Part shown: positions 20,453 through 29,652 of the stretch, piece after piece
How positions within the stretch are numbered: position 1 is the first letter of the stretch
Layout: every line of letters starts with the position of its first letter
From: Candidatus Moanibacter sp.
GTDB lineage: Bacteria; Verrucomicrobiota; Verrucomicrobiia; Opitutales; UBA2987
Length of the DNA: 64,000 nucleotides
Reading direction: 5' to 3'
Assembly: GCA_965215885.1 (NCBI GenBank)
Contig: CBDCEW010000094.1
Location: 1 to 64,000, forward strand
Translations under genes and position numbers: made by a program
Notes under the pieces: model-generated
What the model was told of the DNA's origin: nothing
Seen by the model: the letters and a program-made list of their open reading frames with translations, nothing else
Database searches by the model: none

Positions 20453-21850
20453 CTAAGGGCGTGTCTTCTCATGTATGATCTGGGTGGCGAGAATCCTTTC
20501 CAAAAGCTGCAGGCGGATCCTCGTTTCCACTTCGGCGAGGTCTGGGTGAGCGGCCAGGTTGTGGAGTTCCTGGGGGTCCTCTTCACGATTGAATAGAAGA
20601 TAGAGCTCGCCCTCCTTGTTGAGCGCCGCTTTCCAATGGTGGTCCAGATACATGACCTCCCTCTGGATTTCCGAGATGACGAAAGGGCGATGGGTTTTCG
20701 TCGGGTCGTCGAGAGACTGTACCAGAGACTGGGCGGACTGGGGATAATCCACTCTACCGCCGGCCAGCTCGAGGAGGGTGGGGCCGACGTCGAACCACTC
20801 TACCAGGGCTTGGCTGCGACGGCCGCTGTGGTTCGCCGTTTCGGGGGTACGGATGATCAGAGGTACGTGCACGGCAGCGTCGTAAAATGTGGACTTGTAG
20901 ATGAGGCCGTGGTCGCCGTTATGCTCCCCATGGTCGGACGTGAAGGCGATAATGGTGTTATCCCATTCGCCGCGCTCTCTGACGACTTCGAGAATTTGGC
21001 CAATCTGTTCGTCGATCAGAGTGATATTTCCCGCATAGTTGGCGCGCATGGCTGCAATTTCCCCTTGGGTCAGATCTTTGGGGCGCTCGGCCAGGCGTTG
21101 GTCCAGGAGGCCTTTGGGCCGATTGGTATTACATTCGACGGGTTCAGCCGGAATGGGCTCCGGCATCAAAGCGGCACCGTAGCTGCTGGCGTAAGGCTCG
21201 GGCGTATCCCAAGGCTCATGCGGTCCTCCGAAAGAGATGCAGCACATCCAAGGCTCCACACGGTCGTATTCCTGTAGATAGGTCTTGGCCCTTTGACCGA
21301 CGTAGACGTCGTAGTATTCATTCAGAGGGAGAGGTGTGGGACGGACGACATGAGGTTTCGTGGCGAAGCGGTCTTTAACGTCCGCGCGATAGGCATCCCA
21401 CAGGCCTAGCTTGTCCCAGCGGGCGGTTAAGTGGGAGAGACCGTTGGCGCATGCCCGAGGGCCGTTGGTCTCATCCACGTCGTTCCAACCGTATTCGCAC
21501 AGAAGGTCTTCCCAATCGCGCAGGTCCCGCGAATCATCATGGAGATGAGTCTTTCCAAAGAGGCTGGTGTGGTAGCCCCGATCCCGGATGGATTTCATCC
21601 ATGTGGGAATGTCTGAGGCCAGGGTGTGTTTGCCGTTGTTCCAGACCGTAGTGGTGTGAGGGTACCTTCCCGTTGCCAGACTGAGGCGAGCCGGTACACA
21701 GACCGGCGATGTGGTTACACAGTTCTCGAATAGAACGCCTTCTTCGGCGATCCGGTCCAGATTCGGAGTCTCGACCCAACCTCCGGTGCAGCCCAGTGCA
21801 TCCGATCGCTGCTGGTCGGTCATGATGAAGAGAATGTTGGGTTGATTCAT
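20453..21850 (-). CDS. Sulfatase (S1)
   Basis: PNILFIMTDQQR, CVPAR, GKTH, TSDHG. Confidence 0.95.
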   Translation of the reverse strand: MNQPNILFIMTDQQRSDALGCTGGWVETPNLDRIAEEGVLFENCVTTSPVCVPARLSLATGRYPHTTTVWNNGKHTLASDIPTWMKSIRDRGYHTSLFGKTHLHDDSRDLRDWEDLLCEYGWNDVDETNGPRACANGLSHLTARWDKLGLWDAYRADVKDRFATKPHVVRPTPLPLNEYYDVYVGQRAKTYLQEYDRVEPWMCCISFGGPHEPWDTPEPYASSYGAALMPEPIPAEPVECNTNRPKGLLDQRLAERPKDLTQGEIAAMRANYAGNITLIDEQIGQILEVVRERGEWDNTIIAFTSDHGEHNGDHGLIYKSTFYDAAVHVPLIIRTPETANHSGRRSQALVEWFDVGPTLLELAGGRVDYPQSAQSLVQSLDDPTKTHRPFVISEIQREVMYLDHHWKAALNKEGELYLLFNREEDPQELHNLAAHPDLAEVETRIRLQLLERILATQIIHEKTRP

Positions 21851-21986
21851 TTAAATGACGGTCGAACCGAGCGGCAGGATGATGTTACAGATTGGACCGG
21901 GATGACAAGGGAGGAGTTTCTCATGGCGTGGGAGGGTCCTGTCGCCGCATGGGCCGCGCTGTGTGACCGGAAGTGCATCGTTACGT

Positions 21987-22090
21987 TCCTAGCGCAGCGA
22001 AGCCGCAACCAAAAAAGAATAAGAGAACCGCAGATGAACGCAGATGGACGCGAATGCAGAAGGAAACTCCTACTTCCCTTGGGTAACCTC
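21987..22090 (+). repeat. Dispersed repeat A, partial copy
   Basis: Near-identical to 38908-39010. Confidence 0.8.
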
Positions 22091-22498
22091 TTCTTCGCGT
22101 TTCAGGCTCTGCCCTACAACAGAGAGGTCCCGCTCAGCTGGATCGACTCCTGCCTCGGCGTATGGAATAGGCAATTTCCTGCTTTCCTTATACAAATGTC
22201 AATCTGTGGTCTAAGGAAATTTTCCTGGTGAGACATTCTATTCTGAGAGACAGAACGATATTTCCCGAACAACAACGAGTTGTATTTGCGGCTAGAAATT
22301 TCCTTCTTAAGCAAACAAGCCCTGTCGAGTTAGTAGTAGAGGGGACTTCAGCGGGATCGATGTCGGAAGGGCCTCGAGCTGAGCTCCGTCGCAGGACTAT
22401 TTCCTTTCACTTCCCGCTTCCGGCTCACGTGTGGTGGTTCATTGTTCCAACGGCCAGATTTATATCTTCGAATTTGCCGAACTGGGTACTAGGAATCT

Positions 22499-22504
22499 TA
22501 TAGT
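22499..22504 (+). promoter_or_regulatory. -10 box (TATAGT) of the IS110 circle-junction promoter
   Basis: 17 nt from TTGACG (24178-24183) once the ends are joined. Confidence 0.8.
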
Positions 22505-22509
22505 AGCTC

Positions 22510-22801
22510 CAGGTTATTCATCCAAGGGGCCGAGTGGAGCCGCAGGAAAAACTCGGCGAGGCCCCTTTGTGAATAACTTGGCCGATCAGTGGTTGGCGAT
22601 GGGTCAAAGAGTTTGTTTGGCTAAGGGTGAAAATATTCAAAGGCAGCCGTCCACTACGAACTTAGGAATCAGTCCGAAGAGGACTTCCGACAGAATTTCG
22701 AGTGGACGGCCTGCCTGGATGACCGAAAACGAACACTCAGTTTACATCCTCATAACAGGATCCAACTATAAGGACTTCGCCTGGACATCCAGTGCCTTTG
22801 A
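22510..22801 (+). ncRNA. IS110 bridge RNA (5' hairpin domain, target-binding loop, donor-binding loop); ends approximate
   Basis: Guides TAGGAATC and TCCGACAGA match the target; CTCAGTTTAC and ACTATAAG match the donor junction; each pair lies in an internal loop closed by stems. Confidence 0.85.
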
Positions 22802-22835
22802 AAAAAGCAAAAAGACAAACTAAAGGAACAAAGGG

Positions 22836-24146
22836 ATGCAGAAAAGGGAAAAAACAAATCGATATAGTGTGGTGATAGGAATTGATTGGGCGGATCAGAA
22901 AAACGATCTGTGGATCATAGAGAGCGAAACGGGAAAAGGGACCCATCGACAGGTGGCGCAGGATGCGGTCAGCTTGCACGAATTTGCCGTAGAGATGAGA
23001 GAAAAGTATGCCAGCGTGGGCAAGCGCATGGCCATGGTGGTGGACCAGAAGCGAGGAGGGTTGATCAACTTTCTGATGGGCTTGGAGTTTGTCGATATCT
23101 ATCCAGTGCATGCGGCCAGGGCGAAGGATTATCGCCGGGCGCTGTATCCATCAGGGGCCAAGAGCGACCCGGTCGATGCGCAAATACACGCGGAGTTTTT
23201 CCTCAAACATCCCGAGCTTTTTACCAAATGTTTCATACCTGACACGGCCCAAACACGGGAGCTGAACCTGTTGTGCGAGGACCGCCGTGGATTCGTCGAT
23301 CAGGCTACCAGCCTCGAACAGCAGTTGGGCAGTTGTCTGAAGCAATATAACCCTTTGGTCTTGAAATTGTTCGATGATCTAGGCAGTGGCCTGTGCCTGC
23401 ACTTTATATTGCGTTGGCCGACCCTCAAGAAGCTGCACAGAGCATCGGAGGGTGTCTTGCGAAAGTTCTTCTATAAGCACAACTGTCGCAGTGACGCCAA
23501 AATCCAGGAGCGTCTCGAATTGATCGGTAACGCACGAGCCTTGACCGAAGATGCAGCCATCATTGAAGCATCCAGCAGAAAAGCACAGACGTTGGCCGGA
23601 CAGCTTTTGACCCTGTGCCCGCAGATCAAAGCGTATGAGAAGCGTATCAGGGAGCTATTCAGAAGCCATCCCGATGCAGCCGTGTTCAGTGGCATTCCCG
23701 GAGCCGGCGAGGTCATGAGTCCCCGGTTGCTGTGCGCGTTCGGGACCGATCGTTCGCACTTCGAAACGGCCCAGAACATGACCCAGTGGAATGGATCCGC
23801 TCCGGTCACGATCAACAGCGGGCAGGACAAAAGAACCGGACAACCGAAACGAATGGTCAACTGGCGGTGGGCGGCTCCTACCTTCGTGCGGCAAAGTTTC
23901 GTTGAATTTGCCGAACATTCGATCCGAAACTGTGCCTGGGCAAAGGCCTTTTACCAGATCAAAAAAGAACAGGGCAAACCCCGCCAAACCATTCTTCGTG
24001 CCCTCGCTCTCAAGTGGACCCGCATTCTGTTTCGCTGTTGGCAAAATAGCGAACGCTACGATGAGCAAAAGTATCTCCAATCGCTCCAACGCACCGGTTC
24101 ACCGGTGTGGAAAAGACTTCAGCAAGCAAATGCCAACGCCTTGTAA
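22836..24146 (+). CDS. IS110-family recombinase (RuvC-like DEDD domain + Tnp20 domain)
   Basis: IGIDWADQK, KSDPVDA, GIPGAG, APVTINSG, ILRALALKW. Confidence 0.95.
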   Translation: MQKREKTNRYSVVIGIDWADQKNDLWIIESETGKGTHRQVAQDAVSLHEFAVEMREKYASVGKRMAMVVDQKRGGLINFLMGLEFVDIYPVHAARAKDYRRALYPSGAKSDPVDAQIHAEFFLKHPELFTKCFIPDTAQTRELNLLCEDRRGFVDQATSLEQQLGSCLKQYNPLVLKLFDDLGSGLCLHFILRWPTLKKLHRASEGVLRKFFYKHNCRSDAKIQERLELIGNARALTEDAAIIEASSRKAQTLAGQLLTLCPQIKAYEKRIRELFRSHPDAAVFSGIPGAGEVMSPRLLCAFGTDRSHFETAQNMTQWNGSAPVTINSGQDKRTGQPKRMVNWRWAAPTFVRQSFVEFAEHSIRNCAWAKAFYQIKKEQGKPRQTILRALALKWTRILFRCWQNSERYDEQKYLQSLQRTGSPVWKRLQQANANAL

Positions 24147-24177
24147 ACACAACATGAGAAAAAACTCAAAAAATCCC

Positions 24178-24183
24178 TTGACG
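24178..24183 (+). promoter_or_regulatory. Outward-facing -35 box (TTGACG) in the IS110 right end
   Basis: Pairs with TATAGT at 17-nt spacing in the circular form. Confidence 0.8.
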
Positions 24184-24200
24184 GACTACCTCAGTTTTCT

Positions 24201-24534
24201 GTCGGACTTAGCAATCCTGACATTTCCGAAGTGCAAATTTCAAGGTGAGGACTCGACATTCCGATCCAGATGAGACCGACAGATTCCTTGGAAGAAAATG
24301 AACCTGAGATTTGAGAAATATTTTCATATCAATTCCTTTCTCGAATACAGATCTCATGATTAAAGATTGTCGCTTTCGGGTTGATCGTGTCAATATGGTC
24401 CATAGCGAAACCGATGAGCAAGATTTTGTACGCTTTCCCACAAATCTCAGATTCATTTTCTCAATTCTAGCAGCTTGTCGGAATGAACCCGAGTAATCTC
24501 TTCGAAAGGGGCATAAAGTCCGACAAGCTGCTAG
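24201..24534. repeat. Three consecutive inverted-repeat modules A-B-C (MITE cluster); A interrupted by IS110
   Basis: A right arm 24276-24288; B 24293-24313/24441-24461; C CTAG-CAGCTTGTCGGA 24467-24482 / TCCGACAAGCTG-CTAG 24519-24534. Confidence 0.75.
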
Positions 24535-24577
24535 CATGGGCTACCGGCGGTGAACCGAACGCCGCTGAACTCTAATC

Positions 24578-27500
24578 GTGCGCACACGAAAATCTCTCCT
24601 CGAGACCGCGAAGCTACTGTCCACTGCGATCGGGCTTCTGCTCTGTTGCTGTCTCGGCGGTCTGCTTTTTCGCGGCGACCTGGAGGCGCCCATTCCGGTC
24701 TACACGACCGAGGAACTTGACGCTTACGCCGCGGCGCGCGACACGTCTTTCGATCCAGACAGACCGCTGACCGTCCACCGGGAAGTCGACTACAGCGAAG
24801 GGGCAGACGCGGCGTGGTGGCCCAAGGGACAATCGCCGGTGCTCGATAAACCGGTGGGGGAGGGGAAACTCCCGCCGGTCTACGAGCGTACCGGTCCCGA
24901 ACCAGCCGTCCTCGAAGGAGTCGATGGCACCGGCACCTATGGCGGCACCTGGTACCGCGTCGCCAACGCGACCGGCGACGCGGGGGTGATCAGCTGGCGC
25001 ATGGCGGGCGCGACGCTGGTACGCTGGTCGCCCTTCGGCTATCCGGTATTGCCGCACGCCGCCAAAGCCGTTGAGCAGAGCGCCGACGGCCGGGAATTCA
25101 CTTTTCATCTGCGCCGGGGCATGCGCTGGTCGGACGGGCATCCGGTTACAGCGCGAGACCTCGAATACTATTTTAACAGCCAGTACGTCTGGTGGGACAA
25201 GCTGCCCAACTGGATGTATGTGGGGATCGAACGGCAAGCGGGAACTCTGGAGATTATCGATGACTTCACCGTCAAGTTTTCCTTCCCCCAACCGCACGGC
25301 GTCTTTCTGGAGAGAATGTGCAATGTGTCGCAGTTCTTCCTGCCGCGGCACTACCTCGCGGAATATCATCCCAAGACCGGAAACCCAGCGAAGATTGAGC
25401 CGGAGATGGAGAAGCGCGGCCACACCGAGGCGATTGGCGTCTACAATGAACTTATGGGCTGGAACAATCCGGAATGCCCAAGGATCTGGCCGTGGATATA
25501 CCGCACCCACACCGCGACAGCGCCTTTCACCTTCGTGCGGAACCCCTATTTCTGGGCCGTCGACCCGGAGGGAAACCAGTTGCCCTACATCGACCAGGTG
25601 CAAATCGACGTCAAAAGCAACGAGATGATCGCATTCGCCGCGGCGACGGGGGAGATCACCTTCCAGCGCCGCCACATCCGCCCCGAGGACTACACCCTGC
25701 TGATGTCGAGCCGGGAGGGCCACGGCTACGACATCTACCACTGGTATCCGACGTTTACCAGCAACTACACGGTCTTTCCGAACATGAACCGCCGGATCGA
25801 GCCCGGGGATCCGGTGACGCGCAACAAGCACGCGGTGCTCAACGACCTGCGCTTCCGCAAGGCCTTGAGCCTCGCCATCGATCGGGAAACCATCATCGAG
25901 ACCGAATATTACGGGCTTACCGAACCGGCCCAGATCGATCCGGGCCCGCCTTCGCCCTTCCGCTACCCGAAGCTCCGCAAAGCGTTTATCGACTACGACC
26001 CGGACCGCGCCATTGCCCTGCTGGACGAAATGGGGCTGAGCAACCGCGACCGCGAAGGCTACCGCAACTTTGCCGATGGCACGCGCATGCAGTTTTACAT
26101 CCATACGAGCGAATGGACGGGTCCCGGTCCGGCGCAATTTCTGATCGACGACTGGAAGGCGGTGGGCATCCGCGTGGTGTTGCGCGACCGCACGCGGAGG
26201 TTGTTCGGCACCGAGCAGGGAACCCTCGTCCACGATCTGTCTGTATGGTCGTCTATGAGCGAGTATGTCCCTCTTCTCAGTCCCCGAAATTTTGTCCCCT
26301 ATGGCAGATCCAGCTTCTACGCTCCAGGATACGGCACCTGGTACGCCTTGGGCGGATTGGCAGACCCGGATTCGCAGAGAATCAAGGATAGCCCCTTGGC
26401 CATGGAGCCGCCGGTTGGCTCAGTGTTCCGCCAATCCCAGGTACTCTATTCCCAGGCCCTGGCAACTGCCGATCGCGAAGAGCAAATAGCAATCATGCAC
26501 CAGGTCTTCGATATCGCCGCCGAGAACCTCTGGACCATCAGCATCTGCACCAGCCCGCCGCAACCGATCGTGGTGTCCAAACGGCTGCGCAACGTTCCCC
26601 GCACCGCAATCGCCGGCACGATCTTCTTCACGCCGGCCAACGCCGGTATTGAAACCTTCTACTTCATCGACGACGACAACGATAACCAGACGCAGGCCGA
26701 GATTACGCGATCGATGACAGAGGTCCGCTCCCGTTTCGACGACGCGGGCTCGATCTTCGGGGCCATCCTGGGCGCAATTGTTAAGTGGCTCATCATCGGG
26801 AGTGTGGCTGCATTCCTGTTCCTTATGGCGGTGCGCCATCCCTTTGTTGCGCGGCGCCTCGTGATCATGGTGCCGACCCTGTTCATCATCTCGGTTGTGT
26901 CCTTCATCATCATCCAACTGCCGCCAGGTGATTTCCTCACCACCCGGATCACCCAGTTGCGCATGGCGGGAGACGAGGCCGCCGTTGAACAGGCCCAGCA
27001 AATGGCGGCGCTGTTTCACGTCGAAGAGAACAGTTTCCAGCGCTACTTGAGGTGGATGGGGCTCCACTGGTTCGCAAGCTTTAACTCCACCGACGCCGGC
27101 TTGCTGCAGGGCAGCCTCGGACTGTCCATGGAGGACGGCAAGCCGGTGAACGAAAAAGTCGGCGACCGCGTGCTCCTCACCGCCCTGATCAGCCTGCTGG
27201 GCATTCTCGTCACCTGGAGCCTGGCGTTGCCCATCGGCATATACTCCGCCGTGCGGCAGTACTCGATTCCCGACTACCTCTTTACCCTGCTCGGTTTCAT
27301 CGGCATGAGTGTGCCTCCGTTTCTCTTCGCCCTGGTGTTGATGTACCTGGTAGACGCGTGGTTCGGGGTTTCCGCCTCGGGCCTCTTCGCCCCCGAGTAC
27401 GCGGGCAAGCCCTGGAGCTGGGCGAAATTCGTCGATCTGATGCAACATATCTGGCTGCCGGTCATCGTCATCGGGATCGGCGGCACGGCGGGGATGATCC

Positions 27501-27865
27501 GCGTGATGCGCGGCAACCTCCTCGATGAACTCGGCAAGCCCTACGTGACTACAGCCCGCGCCAAGGGCGTGCGCTCGCCGAAACTGCTCCTCAAGTACCC
27601 CGTGCGCGTCGCCCTCAACCCTTTCATCTCGACCATCGGGGGCATCTTCCCGGCGCTGGTGTCGGGCAGCGCCATCGTCGCCATCGTGCTCAGCCTGCCC
27701 ACCGTGGGCCCGCAGTTGCTGACCTCCCTGATGACCGAGGACATGTATTTCGCCGGGTCCATGCTCATGGTCCTCAGCCTCCTCGGCATCTTCGGCACCC
27801 TCGTCTCCGACCTGCTCCTCCTCTGGCTGGATCCGCGGATACGGATGGAAGGGAGCGCCCGCTAA
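24578..27865 (+). CDS. Peptide/nickel-type ABC transporter: family-5 solute-binding domain fused to OppB-like permease
   Basis: GKLPPVYER, LRRGMRWSDGHPVTA, NPYFWAVDPEGNQLPYID; C-term IIQLPPGD, RVMRGNLLDE...TARAKG, LDPRIR. Confidence 0.92.
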   Translation: MRTRKSLLETAKLLSTAIGLLLCCCLGGLLFRGDLEAPIPVYTTEELDAYAAARDTSFDPDRPLTVHREVDYSEGADAAWWPKGQSPVLDKPVGEGKLPPVYERTGPEPAVLEGVDGTGTYGGTWYRVANATGDAGVISWRMAGATLVRWSPFGYPVLPHAAKAVEQSADGREFTFHLRRGMRWSDGHPVTARDLEYYFNSQYVWWDKLPNWMYVGIERQAGTLEIIDDFTVKFSFPQPHGVFLERMCNVSQFFLPRHYLAEYHPKTGNPAKIEPEMEKRGHTEAIGVYNELMGWNNPECPRIWPWIYRTHTATAPFTFVRNPYFWAVDPEGNQLPYIDQVQIDVKSNEMIAFAAATGEITFQRRHIRPEDYTLLMSSREGHGYDIYHWYPTFTSNYTVFPNMNRRIEPGDPVTRNKHAVLNDLRFRKALSLAIDRETIIETEYYGLTEPAQIDPGPPSPFRYPKLRKAFIDYDPDRAIALLDEMGLSNRDREGYRNFADGTRMQFYIHTSEWTGPGPAQFLIDDWKAVGIRVVLRDRTRRLFGTEQGTLVHDLSVWSSMSEYVPLLSPRNFVPYGRSSFYAPGYGTWYALGGLADPDSQRIKDSPLAMEPPVGSVFRQSQVLYSQALATADREEQIAIMHQVFDIAAENLWTISICTSPPQPIVVSKRLRNVPRTAIAGTIFFTPANAGIETFYFIDDDNDNQTQAEITRSMTEVRSRFDDAGSIFGAILGAIVKWLIIGSVAAFLFLMAVRHPFVARRLVIMVPTLFIISVVSFIIIQLPPGDFLTTRITQLRMAGDEAAVEQAQQMAALFHVEENSFQRYLRWMGLHWFASFNSTDAGLLQGSLGLSMEDGKPVNEKVGDRVLLTALISLLGILVTWSLALPIGIYSAVRQYSIPDYLFTLLGFIGMSVPPFLFALVLMYLVDAWFGVSASGLFAPEYAGKPWSWAKFVDLMQHIWLPVIVIGIGGTAGMIRVMRGNLLDELGKPYVTTARAKGVRSPKLLLKYPVRVALNPFISTIGGIFPALVSGSAIVAIVLSLPTVGPQLLTSLMTEDMYFAGSMLMVLSLLGIFGTLVSDLLLLWLDPRIRMEGSAR

Positions 27866-27871
27866 CGGGCG

Positions 27872-27905
27872 CGAGTTTCGAGTTGCGAGTTTCGAGTGAC
27901 GAGTT
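27872..27905 (+). repeat. Heptamer array (CGAGTTK); inverted partner at 28364-28397
   Basis: CGAGTTT CGAGTTG CGAGTTT CGAGTGA CGAGTT vs ACACTCG CAACCCG AAACTCG CCACTCG CAACTC. Confidence 0.7.
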
Positions 27906-27949
27906 AACAAAACCAAAAAAGACGATTCAAAATCGAGAGAAAGGGCAGA

Positions 27950-28324
27950 ATGGCACAGAAAGATTTGGACAATTTTCGAGGCTACCAAAGGGCATTGGAG
28001 CTGTTTGACCTGGTGGCTGAAGACATGAGCAGCTTGCAGGAAAACCCTATGTGTTGGCGGCTCATTTCCCAGCAAGTCGCGAGCGCCGATTCCATTCCCG
28101 CGAATATCGAAGAGGGATATGGACGTGAATCTCAAAAGGAATACCGGCACTTCCTCATTATTTCTCGCGGTTCCGCTCGTGAAACCCGAGGTCGATATCT
28201 GCGTATGAAACACTGGCTAGCATCAGACCTGACCGCCGACAGGGTGAATCGGTGTGACGAGATTATCGGAATCCTGACGAAAGTGATCAACCAGATGGGC
28301 CGCCGGATACATAGCGGCGGCTGA
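27950..28324 (+). CDS. Four-helix-bundle protein (23S rRNA intervening-sequence protein family)
   Basis: SIPANIEEGYGR, YRHFLIISRGSARET; 124 aa. Confidence 0.9.
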   Translation: MAQKDLDNFRGYQRALELFDLVAEDMSSLQENPMCWRLISQQVASADSIPANIEEGYGRESQKEYRHFLIISRGSARETRGRYLRMKHWLASDLTADRVNRCDEIIGILTKVINQMGRRIHSGG

Positions 28325-28355
28325 ACTGAAACACGCTTACCTTCTGCATCGCCCC

Positions 28356-29513
28356 ATGATGGCACACTCGCAACCCGAAACTCGCCACTCGCAACTCAGC
28401 GAAAGCGACCCGGAGTCGCTATCGCAGTGGCAATTGATTCGGGCGCGGTTTGCGCGGCACCGCATGGCGATGATCGCGATGCGGGTGCTCATCATCCTGG
28501 TGGTAGTGGCGCTGGGGTGTGAGTTTTTCGCGCCGGTCCCGTCGACCTGGCGTAACCCACCCTACACCTATTGCCCGCCGCAGTTGCCGTCGTTCTCGCT
28601 GGGGGACGGGCTGAACACCCGGGCGCTGATCCGCCATACCGATCCAGAGACCTTTCAGCGCACCTACCATTACGTTTCGGGTACCGTTATCCCGCTCGGG
28701 TTTTTTGTGGCGGGAGAGCCTTACCGCCTTTTCGGATTAATTCCCTGCGAGACTCACTTCTTTGGGGTGAACCGGGAGGCATGGCGGGAGGCGCATCCGG
28801 ATCAGCCGGACCCGCCCTGGTATTTCCTAGGAGCGGACCGCTATGGCCACGACCTGTTCTCGCGGATGATTTACGGGGCGCGCATCAGCCTCTTTATCGG
28901 CGTCGTCGCCATCGGCATCACGTTTATTCTCGGCGTGACCATCGGCGGAATCTCGGGGTATCTCGGCGGCCGCACCGATATCGTGATCCAACGCGGCATT
29001 GAGATCATTAATGGCTTCCCGCAATTGCCTCTGTGGCTTGCGCTGGCCGCCGCCATGCCGGGCGAATGGTCGCCGCTGGGAATCTACTTCGCAATCACCA
29101 TCGTACTCAGCTTGTTAGGCTGGACGGGCCTCGCTCGGCAGGTCAGGGGTAAAATTCTGGCGCTTCGCGAGGAGGATTATGTAACCGCCGCTTACCTCGT
29201 CGGAGCCGGCCACGGGCGCATCCTCTTTCGTCACCTCATTCCGGGATTTACGAGCCACATTATCGTCAGCCTTACTCTGGCGGTACCCGGCATGATTCTC
29301 GGGGAAACCGCCCTCAGTTTTCTCGGCCTCGGGTTGCGCCCTCCGATCGTGAGCTGGGGCGTGCTTATCCAGGACTGCATGAGCCTGCAGATCGTGAGCG
29401 CCTACCCGTGGCTGCTGATGCCGGTTGTGCCGATCGTGGTCACGGTGCTCGCTTACAATTTCATGGGCGACGGCCTGCGGGATGCCGCCGATCCCTACTC
29501 GGCCGCGCAATGA
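28356..29513 (+). CDS. ABC transporter permease (OppC/DppC-like)
   Basis: SQWQLIRARFARH, LGADRYGHDLFSR, LREEDYV, GDGLRDAADP. Confidence 0.92.
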   Translation: MMAHSQPETRHSQLSESDPESLSQWQLIRARFARHRMAMIAMRVLIILVVVALGCEFFAPVPSTWRNPPYTYCPPQLPSFSLGDGLNTRALIRHTDPETFQRTYHYVSGTVIPLGFFVAGEPYRLFGLIPCETHFFGVNREAWREAHPDQPDPPWYFLGADRYGHDLFSRMIYGARISLFIGVVAIGITFILGVTIGGISGYLGGRTDIVIQRGIEIINGFPQLPLWLALAAAMPGEWSPLGIYFAITIVLSLLGWTGLARQVRGKILALREEDYVTAAYLVGAGHGRILFRHLIPGFTSHIIVSLTLAVPGMILGETALSFLGLGLRPPIVSWGVLIQDCMSLQIVSAYPWLLMPVVPIVVTVLAYNFMGDGLRDAADPYSAAQ

Positions 29514-29652
29514 GCGACGAAGTCGACCTGCGACAAGCACGATTTCCCGGTCGAGCACATTTTTAAAGGCACAGAAGCCCAAGGACATGAGTTGCTTCCG
29601 TTTCTCTATCGCGGCAACAGCCCCTAATCCGCCGACCGGAATTTGAAATTTC

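Larger units (their letters stand above)
22499..24200 (+). mobile_element. IS110-family element, no TIRs, (T)CT core at both junctions
   Basis: Left junction AGGAATCT|TATAGT, right CTCAGTTTTCT|GTCGGAC; removal restores CTAGGAATCTGTCGGAC, seen intact at 47763-47779. Confidence 0.92.

Noticed and set aside
22431..22823. 130-aa ORF across the IS110 left end
   Set aside because: Crosses the insertion junction and overlies the bridge RNA; no protein motifs
24201..24534. Integron attC cassette array
   Set aside because: No GTTRRRY/RYYYAAC cores, no cassette ORFs, no integrase
24614..28213. Long antisense ORFs (539 and 597 aa) and similar shadow ORFs such as 2090-3061, 4551-5534, 10399-11457, 32200-33210, 38017-39033, 49323-50369
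   Set aside because: Opposite-strand shadows of well-supported genes in GC-rich DNA, with no recognisable motifs
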